DNA of 64,000 nucleotides, from the NCBI GenBank assembly GCA_963728205.1, contig CAVSIV010000001.1, positions 640,001-704,000 of the forward strand, given 5' to 3'. The translations under genes and the position numbers were made by a program. Position 1 is the stretch's first letter, and each line of letters begins with the position of its first letter. Below are positions 49,385 through 59,413 of this stretch, in pieces. This DNA comes from an uncultured Chloroflexia bacterium (GTDB taxonomy: Bacteria; Chloroflexota; Dehalococcoidia; UBA2979). The notes under the pieces are model-generated. The model saw nothing but the letters and a program-made list of their open reading frames with translations, searched no databases and was not told the DNA's origin.

Positions 49385-50215
49385 CTACGGGTCCTCGGAC
49401 TCCGCGCGCGGGGGACCGGAGACCTCGCCGGCCCCGCGCCGCTCCTTCTGCAGGTCGCGGTAGTGGTACGTGTAGAGGGCGCCGAAATTCGTGACGCGTT
49501 CCTTTTCGGAGCGCGCCTCCCAGTACGTGCGCTGGCTCTCGCGGAACCGTTCGACGTCCGCGGCCCCGCCGGGAGCGAGCTCCACGTCTTCGCGCGGCAC
49601 GAAGAGCACCTGGCCGATCGGTGCGGCGCCAGTCGCGCTCAGCACATCGCCCGGCTGGAGCACGTAGCGGAACTCCGTGTTCTGCGCGTACCAGTCCGTC
49701 TCGACGCGCACGGTGAGCGACGGGACGTGCGGTCGCTGCTGCTCGTTGAGCACGCCCATGTAGACCGTGTCCCACCCCTCGGGCGTCACGAAGTCATGCG
49801 CGCCGCGCAGCCCGACGCCGCCGGGCGGCGTGTGGACGTTCGTCGTGAGCGCGTCCACGAGCGCGAGGACCGCCGCGTCATCGAGCTTGGTCGCGGGATC
49901 GATGTAGCGAACGTCCTGCGCTTCGACGCCGCCGCTTCCTGCGGACGGCTGGATGTCGGCGACGAACGCGCGGTGCGACATTCCGCCCGCGTCCTGCACG
50001 AAGAAGGTGAGCCGGTACACGGTCTGCTCGAGGTACCGGATCTGCAGCGACTCGCGCGCGTCGAGGGGCGGATAGACGAGGAAGCCGGAGCGGCTCGCGT
50101 CCTCCAGGACGGGGCAGAAGCGCGCCTGCTGCGGCAGCCACGCACGACGGTTCTCCGGCGCCGGCACCTTGCCGATGCCCGGTCGCCGCTGGCTGTCGAG
50201 GATGGTCACGCGCAT
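49385..50215 (-). CDS. Hypothetical protein (DUF6065-like)
   Basis: ARFCPVL..SGF, FVTPEGW, VETDWY, APIGQVLFVPR, YRDLQK; family call is tentative. Confidence 0.55.
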   Translation of the reverse strand: MRVTILDSQRRPGIGKVPAPENRRAWLPQQARFCPVLEDASRSGFLVYPPLDARESLQIRYLEQTVYRLTFFVQDAGGMSHRAFVADIQPSAGSGGVEAQDVRYIDPATKLDDAAVLALVDALTTNVHTPPGGVGLRGAHDFVTPEGWDTVYMGVLNEQQRPHVPSLTVRVETDWYAQNTEFRYVLQPGDVLSATGAAPIGQVLFVPREDVELAPGGAADVERFRESQRTYWEARSEKERVTNFGALYTYHYRDLQKERRGAGEVSGPPRAESEDP

Positions 50216-50386
50216 CGCGCACCGCCGACCGTCGTGCTCGCTGGGGCGTCACATGGTCGCGGATCCTGTCAAGGAGCGCCCGCCGGCGGCGAGCGAGCGG
50301 GACCGGGCGCAAACGGGCCGAGGCGCGCGGTGGATACGTGCGCTCCTCGGCGATGCGTCCGAGCGCGGGTTGCCCATCGCAATCGC

Positions 50387-50441
50387 TTGACGGGTGCGCC
50401 CCGTGCCGCTACATCGAATGGAATATTCCGCGTGTCATGAC
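50387..50441 (+). promoter_or_regulatory. Putative sigma70 promoter with palindromes, upstream of SBP1
   Basis: TTGACG-N17-TACATC, then GGAATATTCC and TGTCATGAC. Confidence 0.5.
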
Positions 50442-50482
50442 TCGGATAGCACCACACGGATAGCACCAGAGGGGACGGCAGG

Positions 50483-52357
50483 ATGGACCACTCGAGCTAC
50501 TGGAACCGGCGCCGCTTCGGCCGGCGCGCGGCCATGCGCGGTGCCGGACTGGGTGCCGCCGGCCTGGCGGGGGCCGCCTTGATCGGCTGTGGCGGGGGCA
50601 ATGGTGGGGGCGGCGACAGTGCGGGCGGCGGGGCCACCGTCCCGGCGGGCCAGCTCGTCGGCACCGCGGCCGCGGGGCAGGGCACGGCCGGGGCGAACGC
50701 CACCGCCGTCGCGAAGGACCAGGTCCGCCTCAAGCCCGGCATCTACGACGGCGCGGTTGCCGCATCGCCCGCCGAGGCGAACCCGATGGTCAACGGCAAG
50801 CGCGGCGGCACGCTGCTCATGCGCTACCTCGACCCGCCGCGCATGGACCTCAACCGCACGCTGTCGTGCACCATCTACACGACGCTCAACCACACCAACA
50901 ACAAGCTGGTCCGTGGGCGCACCGGCGCCAACGCGCCGCTCTTCAACGTGGACCTGGAGCCCGACCTCGCCGAGTCGTGGGAGGTCGTCGACAACGGCGC
51001 CCAGTTCAACTTCAAGCTGCGCAAGGGCGTGAAGACGCACAACGTCGCCCCGCTCAACGGCCGCGAGTTCACGTCCGAGGACGTGCTGGCGGGCTACGGC
51101 ATGTACCAGAAGGGCGGCAGTCAGAAGGACGTCTTCTCTCCCGTCGACTCGATGACGGCACCGGATCCGTACACCGTCGTCTTCAAGCTCAAGGAGCCGA
51201 TGTCCGACTTCCCCGCAACGATCGCGTCGTGGGCCTTCGTCTACATGAAGGAGTTCGTGGACGACGATGACCTGCGGCAGAAGCAGGCCGCCGGCACAGG
51301 GCCGTTCATCCAGAAGGAGTGGACGCGCAAGGAGCGCTCGGTCTTCGAGCGACACCCGGACTACTTCGAGAAGGGGCTGCCCTTCGTCGACGGCGTCATC
51401 ACCACGGCGCAGGACGACCTGAACACGCTGCGCGCCAGCTACCAGACCGACCACCTCTTCGAGTGGACCGCGCGCGACGACGCCGACCTGCAGGACATGC
51501 TCAAGTCCCGCGGCGACACCATGGTCGCGACGAAGTTCCCGATCGCGCGCGGCGCGAACGTCAACGGCTTCCAGTTCCAGATGAAGAACAAGACCTTCCA
51601 GGACGAGCGCGTCCGCCACGCCCTGTCGCTCGCGTTCGACCGCAACGGATACGACCAGGCGCAGAACGCCGGCGACAACTCGAACCCTGAAGGTCCGTAT
51701 TCGAACTCGCCCATGCCGTGGCCGTACCTCTTCGACGCCTACCCGACCGCCAAGGCGAACGGCCAGTGGTACCAGTACGACCCGGACCAGGCATCGAAGC
51801 TGATGCAGGCGGCCGGCTACACGAAGGACAAGCCGCTCAGCTTCACGCTCAAGTCGTACTACAACGCCACGCCCATGTCGGAAGTCATGGTGCCGGGCAT
51901 CAACCAGAGCCTTCCCGAGGTCAAGATCACGTTCCTGAAGGTCGACAACCCGACCCACGTGACGCTGATGTCGGACCGGAACTTCGAGGAGGCGGTCGGC
52001 TTCCTGTGGGGGCCGCCCGCATACCCGATGGACCAGTGGATCTACCCCTTCTACCACTCCACGGGGAGCACCAACTACGGAAGCATCAACGACTCGACGC
52101 TGGACGGTCTGCTCGTGAAGCAGCGCCAGGCGACCGACGCGGCGGCGAAGAAGGAGGTCTGGCAGCAGATCTACGCGCGCATCCACGACCAGGTCTACCA
52201 GGCGTGGTTCCCGGAGCCGCGCATTCGCGTCGCGTGGCAGAACTACATGCTGAACTACCGCTACCACGCGTTCATGGGCAGCTACACCTGCTACGCGGCC
52301 GACCAGTCCCGAGCGATCTGGCTCGACGACGGTGCACCGGGCGTGAACCGAACCTAG
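50483..52357 (+). CDS. ABC solute-binding protein, family 5 (Tat lipoprotein)
   Basis: GRRAAMRG...ALIGC lipobox; LEPDLAESWE, FKLRKGVK, GTGPF. Confidence 0.9.
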   Translation: MDHSSYWNRRRFGRRAAMRGAGLGAAGLAGAALIGCGGGNGGGGDSAGGGATVPAGQLVGTAAAGQGTAGANATAVAKDQVRLKPGIYDGAVAASPAEANPMVNGKRGGTLLMRYLDPPRMDLNRTLSCTIYTTLNHTNNKLVRGRTGANAPLFNVDLEPDLAESWEVVDNGAQFNFKLRKGVKTHNVAPLNGREFTSEDVLAGYGMYQKGGSQKDVFSPVDSMTAPDPYTVVFKLKEPMSDFPATIASWAFVYMKEFVDDDDLRQKQAAGTGPFIQKEWTRKERSVFERHPDYFEKGLPFVDGVITTAQDDLNTLRASYQTDHLFEWTARDDADLQDMLKSRGDTMVATKFPIARGANVNGFQFQMKNKTFQDERVRHALSLAFDRNGYDQAQNAGDNSNPEGPYSNSPMPWPYLFDAYPTAKANGQWYQYDPDQASKLMQAAGYTKDKPLSFTLKSYYNATPMSEVMVPGINQSLPEVKITFLKVDNPTHVTLMSDRNFEEAVGFLWGPPAYPMDQWIYPFYHSTGSTNYGSINDSTLDGLLVKQRQATDAAAKKEVWQQIYARIHDQVYQAWFPEPRIRVAWQNYMLNYRYHAFMGSYTCYAADQSRAIWLDDGAPGVNRT

Positions 52358-52393
52358 CGAGGTCGCGCCGCAACAGCCGGCGCGACGATAACG

Positions 52394-52424
52394 GCGGGGC
52401 CCGGCGCGCAGCGCCGGGCCCCGC
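52394..52424 (+). terminator. GC-rich hairpin after SBP1
   Basis: GCGGGGCCCGGCGC-GCA-GCGCCGGGCCCCGC followed by TTCGT. Confidence 0.6.
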
Positions 52425-52466
52425 TTCGTATCTCGCGATGCCACGGCTCAACGAGCCGGGCAATAC

Positions 52467-52521
52467 TTGACAGCGCATATCACGAGCGTGTACATCGCTG
52501 CGATATCGCGACTGTCATGAC
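52467..52521 (+). promoter_or_regulatory. Putative sigma70 promoter with palindromes, upstream of SBP2
   Basis: TTGACA-N18-TACATC, then GCGATATCGC and TGTCATGAC. Confidence 0.5.
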
Positions 52522-52555
52522 ACGAGGCGGTGCGAAGCAGAGGGGACAGCAACTG

Positions 52556-54427
52556 ATGGCAGAGTCCAACTACTGGGTCCGCCGGTCTGTCGGCCGGCGG
52601 GCGGTACTGCGCGGCGCCGGCCTGGGAACGGCCGGACTTGCGGGGGCTGCGCTGATCGGGTGTGGCGGCGGTCAGAGCGGACAGGGCGCCGAGTCCGGCC
52701 AGGCCGGGGCAACGGTGTCGACGGGGCAGATCGTGTCGTCGGCGACCGCGGCGGCCACGTCCGCGAACGCGACCCCCGTTCCCGCAGACCAGGTGCGGCT
52801 GAAGCCGGGGATCTACGAGGGGCCGGTCGCGCCGTCTCCAGCCGAGGCGAACCCCAAGGTCAACGGCAAGCGCGGTGGCACGCTCCTGATGCGGTACCTC
52901 GACCCCCCGCGCATGGACATCAACCGCACGCTCTCGTGCACGATCTACTCAACGCTGAACCTCACGAACAACAAGCTCGTTCGCGGGAAGACCGGTGCGA
53001 ACGCGCCGCTGTTCAACGTGGATCTCGAACCGGACCTCGCCGAGTCCTGGGAGGCGCTGGACGGGAACACGCAGTTCACGTTCAAGCTGCGCAAGGGCGT
53101 GAAGACGCACAACGTCGCACCACTGAACGGGCGCGAGTTCACGTCCGAGGACGTGCTGGCCGGATACGGGATGTACAAGGACGGCGGGAGCCAGAAGGAC
53201 GTCTTCTCGACCGTCGAGTCGATGACGGCGCCGGACCCGTACACGGTCGTTTTCAAGCTCAGCGGTCCGATGTCGGACTTCCCGGCAACCCTGGCCTCCT
53301 GGGGCTTCGTCTACATGAAGGAGTTCGTGGACGACGAGGACCTGCGGCAGAAGCAGGCCGCCGGCACGGGGCCGTTCATCCAGAAGGAGTGGACGCGCAA
53401 GGAGCGCTCGGTCTTCGAGCGGCACCCTGACTACTTCGAGGACGGTCTCCCGTTCGTCGACGAGGTCATCGACACCGCGCAGGACGACCTGAACACGCTG
53501 CGCGCCAGCTTCCAGACGGACCACCTCTTCGAGTGGACGCATCGCGACGACGCGGACGCGGAGGACATGTTCAAGGCGCGCGGCGACACGATGGTCGCCA
53601 CGAAGTTCCCGACCTCGCGCGGCGCAAACGTCAACGGGTTCCAGTTCCAGATGAAGAACCCGACGTACCAGGATGAGCGCGTGCGCCACGCGCTCTCCCT
53701 GGCGCTCGACCGCGACGGGTTCGACGCCGCCTACAACGCGGGCGACAACCAGAACCCCGAGGGTGCGTACTCGAACGCGCCCATGCCGTGGCCGTACCTC
53801 TACGACGCCTACCCCACGGCCAAGGTGAACGGCCAGTGGTACAAGTACGACCCCACAGAGGCGTCAAAGCTGATGCAGGCCGCGGGCTACACGAAGGACA
53901 ACCCGCTCGCGTTCACGCTGAAGTCGTACTACTACGCGACCGCGCTCTCGGAGGTCGTCGTTCCGGGCATCAACCAGAGTCTGCCCGAAGTGAACATCAC
54001 GTGGCAGAAGGTCGACAACCCGACGCATGTCACGCTGATGTCCGATCGCAACTTCGATTCGGCCGTGGGCTTCCTCTGGGGCCCCGCCGGATTCGCGATG
54101 GATCAGTGGATCTACCCCTTCTATCACTCGAAGGGAGGCACGAACTACGGGAGCATCAACGACTCGCAGCTCGACGACCTGCTCATCAAGCAGCGGGAGG
54201 CGTCGGAACTGGACGCGAAGAAGGAGATCTGGCGGCAGGTCTGGGACCGCATCCACGACAAGGTGTACCAGGCCTGGTTCCCGGAGGCGCTGCGGCGCGT
54301 GTCGTGGCACAACTACATGCTGAACTACCGGTACCACGGATTCATGGGCAGCTTCGTCTGCTACACGTCGGACCAGGCACGGGCGATCTGGCTCGACGAC
54401 GGCGCGCCCGGCGTGAACCGCACCTAG
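52556..54427 (+). CDS. ABC solute-binding protein, family 5 (Tat lipoprotein), tandem paralog
   Basis: GRRAVLRG...ALIGC; highly similar to 50483-52357. Confidence 0.9.
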   Translation: MAESNYWVRRSVGRRAVLRGAGLGTAGLAGAALIGCGGGQSGQGAESGQAGATVSTGQIVSSATAAATSANATPVPADQVRLKPGIYEGPVAPSPAEANPKVNGKRGGTLLMRYLDPPRMDINRTLSCTIYSTLNLTNNKLVRGKTGANAPLFNVDLEPDLAESWEALDGNTQFTFKLRKGVKTHNVAPLNGREFTSEDVLAGYGMYKDGGSQKDVFSTVESMTAPDPYTVVFKLSGPMSDFPATLASWGFVYMKEFVDDEDLRQKQAAGTGPFIQKEWTRKERSVFERHPDYFEDGLPFVDEVIDTAQDDLNTLRASFQTDHLFEWTHRDDADAEDMFKARGDTMVATKFPTSRGANVNGFQFQMKNPTYQDERVRHALSLALDRDGFDAAYNAGDNQNPEGAYSNAPMPWPYLYDAYPTAKVNGQWYKYDPTEASKLMQAAGYTKDNPLAFTLKSYYYATALSEVVVPGINQSLPEVNITWQKVDNPTHVTLMSDRNFDSAVGFLWGPAGFAMDQWIYPFYHSKGGTNYGSINDSQLDDLLIKQREASELDAKKEIWRQVWDRIHDKVYQAWFPEALRRVSWHNYMLNYRYHGFMGSFVCYTSDQARAIWLDDGAPGVNRT

Positions 54428-54451
54428 CGCGGCGTCCCCGGAGGACGGCAC

Positions 54452-54480
54452 GAAGGCCCGGCGCATCGCGCCGGGCCTTC
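54452..54480. terminator. Hairpin between convergent genes
   Basis: GAAGGCCCGGCGC-ATC-GCGCCGGGCCTTC. Confidence 0.65.
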
Positions 54481-54515
54481 TGCGTGTGCGGGGAATCGCC
54501 GGCGGACGCGACGCC

Positions 54516-55436
54516 CTAGGGCTCGTCGATCACCGGGTTCTCGAGCTCGCCGAGGCCGGTGATCGCGACGCGCACGCGGTCACCGTGCGTCAGCCACTCG
54601 CGCGGGTCGCGCGCCTGCCCGACGCCGGACGGCGTGCCGGTGAACACGATGTCGCCGGGCCGCAGGGTCATCGCCGTCGAGATGTAGGCGATCAGCGACG
54701 GGATGTCGAAGATGAGGTCGCCCGTCGTCGACTCCTGCTTCAGGACATCGTTCACCCATGTCCGCAGCGTGAGCGCCGCCGGGTCGGGCACCTCGTCGCG
54801 CGTCGCGATCCACGGGCCGGTCGGGCCGTGCGTGTCAAAGCCCTTGCCCATCGTCCAGGTGGCGGCGTGGCGCTGGAAGTCGCGCACGGAGACGTCGTTG
54901 CCGTTCATGTAGCCCGCGACGCAGTCGAGCGCGACGTCCGCCGAGACGTTGCGGGCGTCGCGGCCGATCACGAAGACGAGCTCGCCCTCCCAGTCGACCA
55001 TGCTGCTGGCGCGGGGCACATGGATGGGGCGGCCGGGGCCGCTGATCGCCGTGTCGACCTTCGTGAAGACGATGGGGCGCTCGGGCAGCGTCGCGCCGGT
55101 CTCCGCCGCATGCGCGCGGTAGTTGAGCCCGATGGCGAGCGCCTTGCCTGGGCGCGGGATCGGCGCCTCGAAGCGGAAGCCGGGCTCCGCAACGTCGAAT
55201 AACACGCCGCCGGCGCGCAGGGCGTCGGAATCCCGCGCGGCCCGCCCGGCCGCGTCGTTCAGCGCCGCGCGCGCGGTGTCGAGGCCGGCATCGCCCAGCG
55301 CCAGCAGCGGGATCATCTCCGTGGGCAGCAGCGCGCCGGTAGCCGCGGCCGCGCGCGCGAGGTCGACGACGCGGGCGTCGTCGAGCATCGCCCCGGTGCG
55401 CGTCGTGCCGCGGGAGGTGTAGGTGACGAGGCGCAT
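54516..55436 (-). CDS. Fumarylacetoacetate hydrolase family protein
   Basis: IGLNYRAHAAE, DWEGEL, NDVSVRD, GKGFDT, PGDIVFTGTPSGVG. Confidence 0.9.
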   Translation of the reverse strand: MRLVTYTSRGTTRTGAMLDDARVVDLARAAAATGALLPTEMIPLLALGDAGLDTARAALNDAAGRAARDSDALRAGGVLFDVAEPGFRFEAPIPRPGKALAIGLNYRAHAAETGATLPERPIVFTKVDTAISGPGRPIHVPRASSMVDWEGELVFVIGRDARNVSADVALDCVAGYMNGNDVSVRDFQRHAATWTMGKGFDTHGPTGPWIATRDEVPDPAALTLRTWVNDVLKQESTTGDLIFDIPSLIAYISTAMTLRPGDIVFTGTPSGVGQARDPREWLTHGDRVRVAITGLGELENPVIDEP

Positions 55437-55560
55437 TCGGTGCTCCATCCAGCGCAGACCGCGGACCGCAGGCCGCGGCCGGTGACGGATGGTAGCGGAA
55501 CGGCGGCCGGCGGGTGGGCGGAGCGGGTGGCCGCCGCGGCCGGGGGCGCCGCCGCGGACG

Positions 55561-56157
55561 TCAGGCGGAGCGCGCCTCGGCGGCGGAGGCGGCGTCGAGC
55601 GCGGCGCGCAGCGCGTGCAGCGCACGCATCTGCGCCGCGCGCGCGGCAGCGGCGGTGCAACCGACGCGCTCCGCGATCTCGTCGTACGACAGGCCGTCGA
55701 TCACCCGCAGCCGCGTGATCCAGCGCTGCCGCGCCGTCAACGCCGAAAACGCGATCTCGATGCGCGCGTCGACCTGATCCGCCAGCGCCTGCTCCTCGGC
55801 AGACGGCTCGATCGGGTCGGGGCTCGCGTCGAGCGGGGAGCTCTGCTTCCGCGTCCGGTAGAAGTCCTTGATCGTGTTCGAGGCGATGTGGAAGAGCCAC
55901 ACATTGAACGGGCGCGACTGGTCGCGCCGGTCGATCGCGCGCAGCGCCTTGAGGAACGTGAGCTGGAGCACGTCCTCGGCGTCCTCGGGTTGCGGGAGCC
56001 GCCGCCGCGCGTAGGCCAGCAGGTCGCGCCGGTAGGCGGCGCAGAGCGTGCCGAAGGCGTCGCGGTCGCCGCCCGCCGCACGCGCCGAGAGGTCGCGCAC
56101 GGCGTCGGGCGTCAGCTCGGCCGCAACCGGCCCGAAGGGGAGGATGGCGTCGCTCAT
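55561..56157 (-). CDS. ECF-type RNA polymerase sigma factor
   Basis: AGGDRDAFG, DAEDVLQLTFLKA, WLFHIASN (region 2); LTARQR..GLSYDEIAERVG (region 4.2). Confidence 0.9.
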   Translation of the reverse strand: MSDAILPFGPVAAELTPDAVRDLSARAAGGDRDAFGTLCAAYRRDLLAYARRRLPQPEDAEDVLQLTFLKALRAIDRRDQSRPFNVWLFHIASNTIKDFYRTRKQSSPLDASPDPIEPSAEEQALADQVDARIEIAFSALTARQRWITRLRVIDGLSYDEIAERVGCTAAAARAAQMRALHALRAALDAASAAEARSA

Positions 56158-56260
56158 ACCTGGAGAATCGGCTGAGTCGGCGCTGAAGATTACCCGCGCT
56201 CCCCTCTGCGGAACTGGCCGGACCGGCCGACAGGGGCCGCGTGACGCGCCGGGACGTGCG

Positions 56261-56289
56261 AAGGCGGGGGCCGTGGGCGCCCCCGCCTT
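56261..56289 (-). terminator. Hairpin after membrane gene A (copy at 59455-59483)
   Basis: AAGGCGGGGGC...GCCCCCGCCTT. Confidence 0.45.
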
Positions 56290-56312
56290 GGTGCTGAGCC
56301 GCGGTCCGCCGC

Positions 56313-57146
56313 CTATGCGGCGAGCCGTGCCCGCTTCGCCGCGATGAAGTCGGCGACGTCCTCGGAGGAGGCCTCGACCTCGGCGAGGAGCCGCTCGTAG
56401 TCGCGGATGAGCGCGTTGGCGCTGGCCGCGTCGAGCATGGCGCCCTTCGCCTTGGAGGCTCCCTGGCGGAGGGCCAGGGCGAGCACGCCAACCGGAGCGG
56501 TGAAGGCGGCGAAGCCGAGCGGACCGAGCTCTCGCCAGGAGAGTGCGAGCCCGAGGGCGACGAGGCCCATCACCGCGAAGTGGACGGCGAGCCAGAGGTA
56601 GTTGTCCTTGACGACCTTTCCGAGCGCCTGTCCGGTGGTGCACGAAATCATCGCGCCCACCAGCGTCATGTTGACGATCCACATCGCCAGCCCCGCCGCG
56701 ACGGCGGCGACGACGAGGGTGCCGGCGCTCTCCGGCATGAGCCGGGTGAGCCCCGCGTAGACCCCCGCCGCCGCGGTGCCGGCGAGCACCAGGACGGCGG
56801 AGTTGTAGGCGAGGCGGGAGACCGGCTTGTGGCGGAAGAGCCACGCGGCCAGCCCGACGACGATCGCGAGCGGCACGGCCGCCCCGACGCCGTAGAGGAT
56901 CCCGCCCCCGACGATCGCGGCCGCGGAGACGGACGCGCGCGTCTGGGTGAAGAGCTGGGTGCCCTGGCGTTCGAGCACCGCGGCGAGCGCCAGCATCAGC
57001 AGGAGCCCGCCCCATTCCGGCGGCCGGAGGAAGACCAGGAGGCCTGCTCCGGCGACCGCGCCGAATCCCGTCACCCCGTACAGGAGGGCCTGTGCCCTGC
57101 TCCGGGCGAGGGATGAGATCCACCGTGTGGTGGGACTCTCAGCCAT
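56313..57146 (-). CDS. Multi-pass membrane sensor-like protein (resembles the N-terminal membrane domain of HD-GYP/GGDEF proteins) with no catalytic domain, copy A
   Basis: About 7-8 TM segments; ASVSAAAI..G ILYG, KP..RLAYN; ends after a short amphipathic helix. Confidence 0.75.
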   Translation of the reverse strand: MAESPTTRWISSLARSRAQALLYGVTGFGAVAGAGLLVFLRPPEWGGLLLMLALAAVLERQGTQLFTQTRASVSAAAIVGGGILYGVGAAVPLAIVVGLAAWLFRHKPVSRLAYNSAVLVLAGTAAAGVYAGLTRLMPESAGTLVVAAVAAGLAMWIVNMTLVGAMISCTTGQALGKVVKDNYLWLAVHFAVMGLVALGLALSWRELGPLGFAAFTAPVGVLALALRQGASKAKGAMLDAASANALIRDYERLLAEVEASSEDVADFIAAKRARLAA

Positions 57147-57185
57147 GGTGTCGACCTTTCAGCACAACACTCGCTCGGAGGGTGA

Positions 57186-58985
57186 CTAGTCCCAGGTGAT
57201 GGCATCCCAGGTGATGGCGTCCCACGTGATGCTGTCCCAGGTGATCGAGTCCCACGTGATGGCGTCCCACGTGATGGAGTCCCACGTGATCGAGTCCCAC
57301 GTGATGGAGTCCCACGTGATCGAGTCCGGCGACGCCGGCTTGTTCTGGATCGAGCCGTCGCTGCCGATCCACAGGCTCTTCGGGAGCCCCTGGTTCGCGG
57401 CGCCCTGGCTCGGGCCGAACACGGCATCGTAGGCATTCAGCGCCGGCGCGTTGGAGCTGGGGAACGTGTCAGCCGTCCCCGTCAGCTGGGCCTTCACCTG
57501 GTCCGGCGTGAGGGACGGGTTGTGCTGGAGCATCAGCGCGACGGTGCCGGAGACGACCGGGGCCGACTCGGAGGTGCCGCTGAGCATCATGTAGTGCTCG
57601 CCGACACGAAGCTTCGGGTTCTGCAGGTAGAGCAGCGACGGCTTGTTGCCCGTCGTCGCGATCAGGTGCCAGCCCGGGGCAACCAGGTCGGGCTTCTGGA
57701 ACCCGTCGTGCGTCGTGCCGTACGTCGACCACGACGCCAGCGTGTCGTCCGTCGTCTCGAGCGTCGCATTGTCGCTGAAGGCGCCGACGGAGATCACGTA
57801 CGGGTCGTTCGCGGGTGGGTGGTCCGTCGCGAACGCGTCGCTCGTGCCGAGGTTGCCCTCCGACGAGACGACGACGATGCCGTGGAACCACAGCTGCTCA
57901 ATCGCGGCGTCGAGCGGGCTCGTGAAGAAGCTCTCCGGCGTCGACTGCGTGAACGACATGTTCGCGACGCGGATGTTGTACTTCGCCTGGTTGTCCAGCA
58001 CGTACTCGAGACCCGCGAGGACGTCGCCGAGCTCGATGCCCTTTTCGAACGTTCCCACCTGGACGTCGACGATGTTCGCGTCCGGGGCGATACCCATGTA
58101 GCGCCCCTGGCTGTCAGCGCCGTTGCCCGCGATCACGCCGGCCGTGTGCGTGCCATGCCCGTACGGGTCGCGGACGCCCGCGAGCGCCGTGTCGTTCGGG
58201 GTGTAGCGCGCGACCACGCGGCCGCCGAAGTCGGAGCCGACGGCGTGGCTGACGCCGGTGTCGATGACCGCAACGCCGATGCCCTTACCGGTGACTCCCT
58301 CGTCCCAGACGTCGGTTGCGCCGACGACCTGCGGGAACACGGACACGACGTCGGTGTAGTCACCGCGCTGCTTCCCGTCGGGGAGCCTGGAGCCGAGGAT
58401 CGAGGCGCGGTCCTGGTGCGTACCCTTGGGGCCGGCGGCTGCCTTGGGGGCCGGCGTTGCCTTCGGCGCGGGGGCCGCCTTGGTGCCCGGGCCAACCTTC
58501 GGAGCGCGCGCCGCCTTCTTATCCGGTCCGGCCTTCGGGGCCGGAGTCGGGGTCGGGGTCGGCGTGCCCCCCGCCAGCAGCGACGTCCAGTTGTTGCGGT
58601 CTCGTGGGCCGCGGCCCGTCATCTCGATGTTCGAGTTGAGGCTGATCGACTTGACCGACGTGTTGCCGGCCAGCGCGTCGAGCTGGTCGACGGGGATGGT
58701 CGCCTCGACGGCGGGAATGATGTGGTACTGCTGCGACACGGTGCCGCCGGCCGCCTCGACGGCGGCAGCGGTGGCATCGGTATCGCCGGTGGACTGGATG
58801 ATGACGGCGACGAAGCCGTTGTCCTGGTTGGCGGTGTCGTACACGGCGGCGTTGACGTTGCTCGGGCCGGCGGCGCGGGCGGGGGCCTGCGACGCGGGCC
58901 CGAGCATGAGCGCGACCGCGACGAGCGCGACCAGGACGGTGAGGAAGACCGGCCAGCGCCGGCCGGTGAGCTTGTTCAGGACCAC
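57186..58985 (-). CDS. Secreted S8 subtilisin-like protease A with 9x (S/A)ITWD tail
   Basis: Signal peptide, I9-like prodomain, VAVIDTG (Asp), HGTHTAG (His), SEGN (oxyanion Asn), SGTSESAP (Ser). Probable start GTG 58985. Confidence 0.92.
   Translation of the reverse strand: MVLNKLTGRRWPVFLTVLVALVAVALMLGPASQAPARAAGPSNVNAAVYDTANQDNGFVAVIIQSTGDTDATAAAVEAAGGTVSQQYHIIPAVEATIPVDQLDALAGNTSVKSISLNSNIEMTGRGPRDRNNWTSLLAGGTPTPTPTPAPKAGPDKKAARAPKVGPGTKAAPAPKATPAPKAAAGPKGTHQDRASILGSRLPDGKQRGDYTDVVSVFPQVVGATDVWDEGVTGKGIGVAVIDTGVSHAVGSDFGGRVVARYTPNDTALAGVRDPYGHGTHTAGVIAGNGADSQGRYMGIAPDANIVDVQVGTFEKGIELGDVLAGLEYVLDNQAKYNIRVANMSFTQSTPESFFTSPLDAAIEQLWFHGIVVVSSEGNLGTSDAFATDHPPANDPYVISVGAFSDNATLETTDDTLASWSTYGTTHDGFQKPDLVAPGWHLIATTGNKPSLLYLQNPKLRVGEHYMMLSGTSESAPVVSGTVALMLQHNPSLTPDQVKAQLTGTADTFPSSNAPALNAYDAVFGPSQGAANQGLPKSLWIGSDGSIQNKPASPDSITWDSITWDSITWDSITWDAITWDSITWDSITWDAITWDAITWD
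57189..57323 (-). repeat. 9 x 15-bp coding repeat, (S/A)ITWD
   Basis: Six SITWD and three AITWD, with synonymous codon variation, ending at the stop codon. Confidence 0.95.
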
Positions 58986-59057
58986 TGCACTTTCCAATCG
59001 CTGTTGGCGTTGGCGAATGCGTCACCGCTCGGCGCGTGCGTCGCGCCTCGCGGCGGG

Positions 59058-59156
59058 TCCCCGTTCGGCAGCCCGGCTACCCGTGGCTCTGTGTGAGCCG
59101 GGAGGGCCCGTGGCTTTGCGTCCCCCGGTTCCCCGGGGTTTGCCGTTGTCGTGGGG
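59058..59156 (-). ncRNA. c-di-GMP-I (GEMM) riboswitch aptamer A2
   Basis: Minus strand: ACGGCAAACCCCGG-GGAA-CCGGGGGACGCAAAGCCACGGGCCC...GGTAGCCGGGCTGCCGAA. Confidence 0.88.
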
Positions 59157-59264
59157 CCAGCTGGACTAGATGTGTGGCATCGTCTCGACTCCTCCGTCTC
59201 GCGGCCGCCTGGCGGCGGCTGCGCCCCTGATCCGAGGAGGGCGGAGGCATCGGGCCTCGCAACC

Positions 59265-59357
59265 TTCGGTAGCCCGGCCGTCATGACCCCTCGTACGAGG
59301 GGCGGTAGACCCGTGGGCTTTGCGCCACCCGGTTTCCCGGGCTTTGCCATTTCTCGG
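59265..59357 (-). ncRNA. c-di-GMP-I (GEMM) riboswitch aptamer A1
   Basis: Minus strand: ATGGCAAAGCCCGG-GAAA-CCGGGTGGCGCAAAGCCCACGGGTCTA...ATGACGGCCGGGCTACCGAA. Confidence 0.9.
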
Positions 59358-59413
59358 ATTGCCGCTTGCCAGGGACGGCTCGCCGTTGCGGCGGGGCGTC
59401 CCTTACCCGGGAA

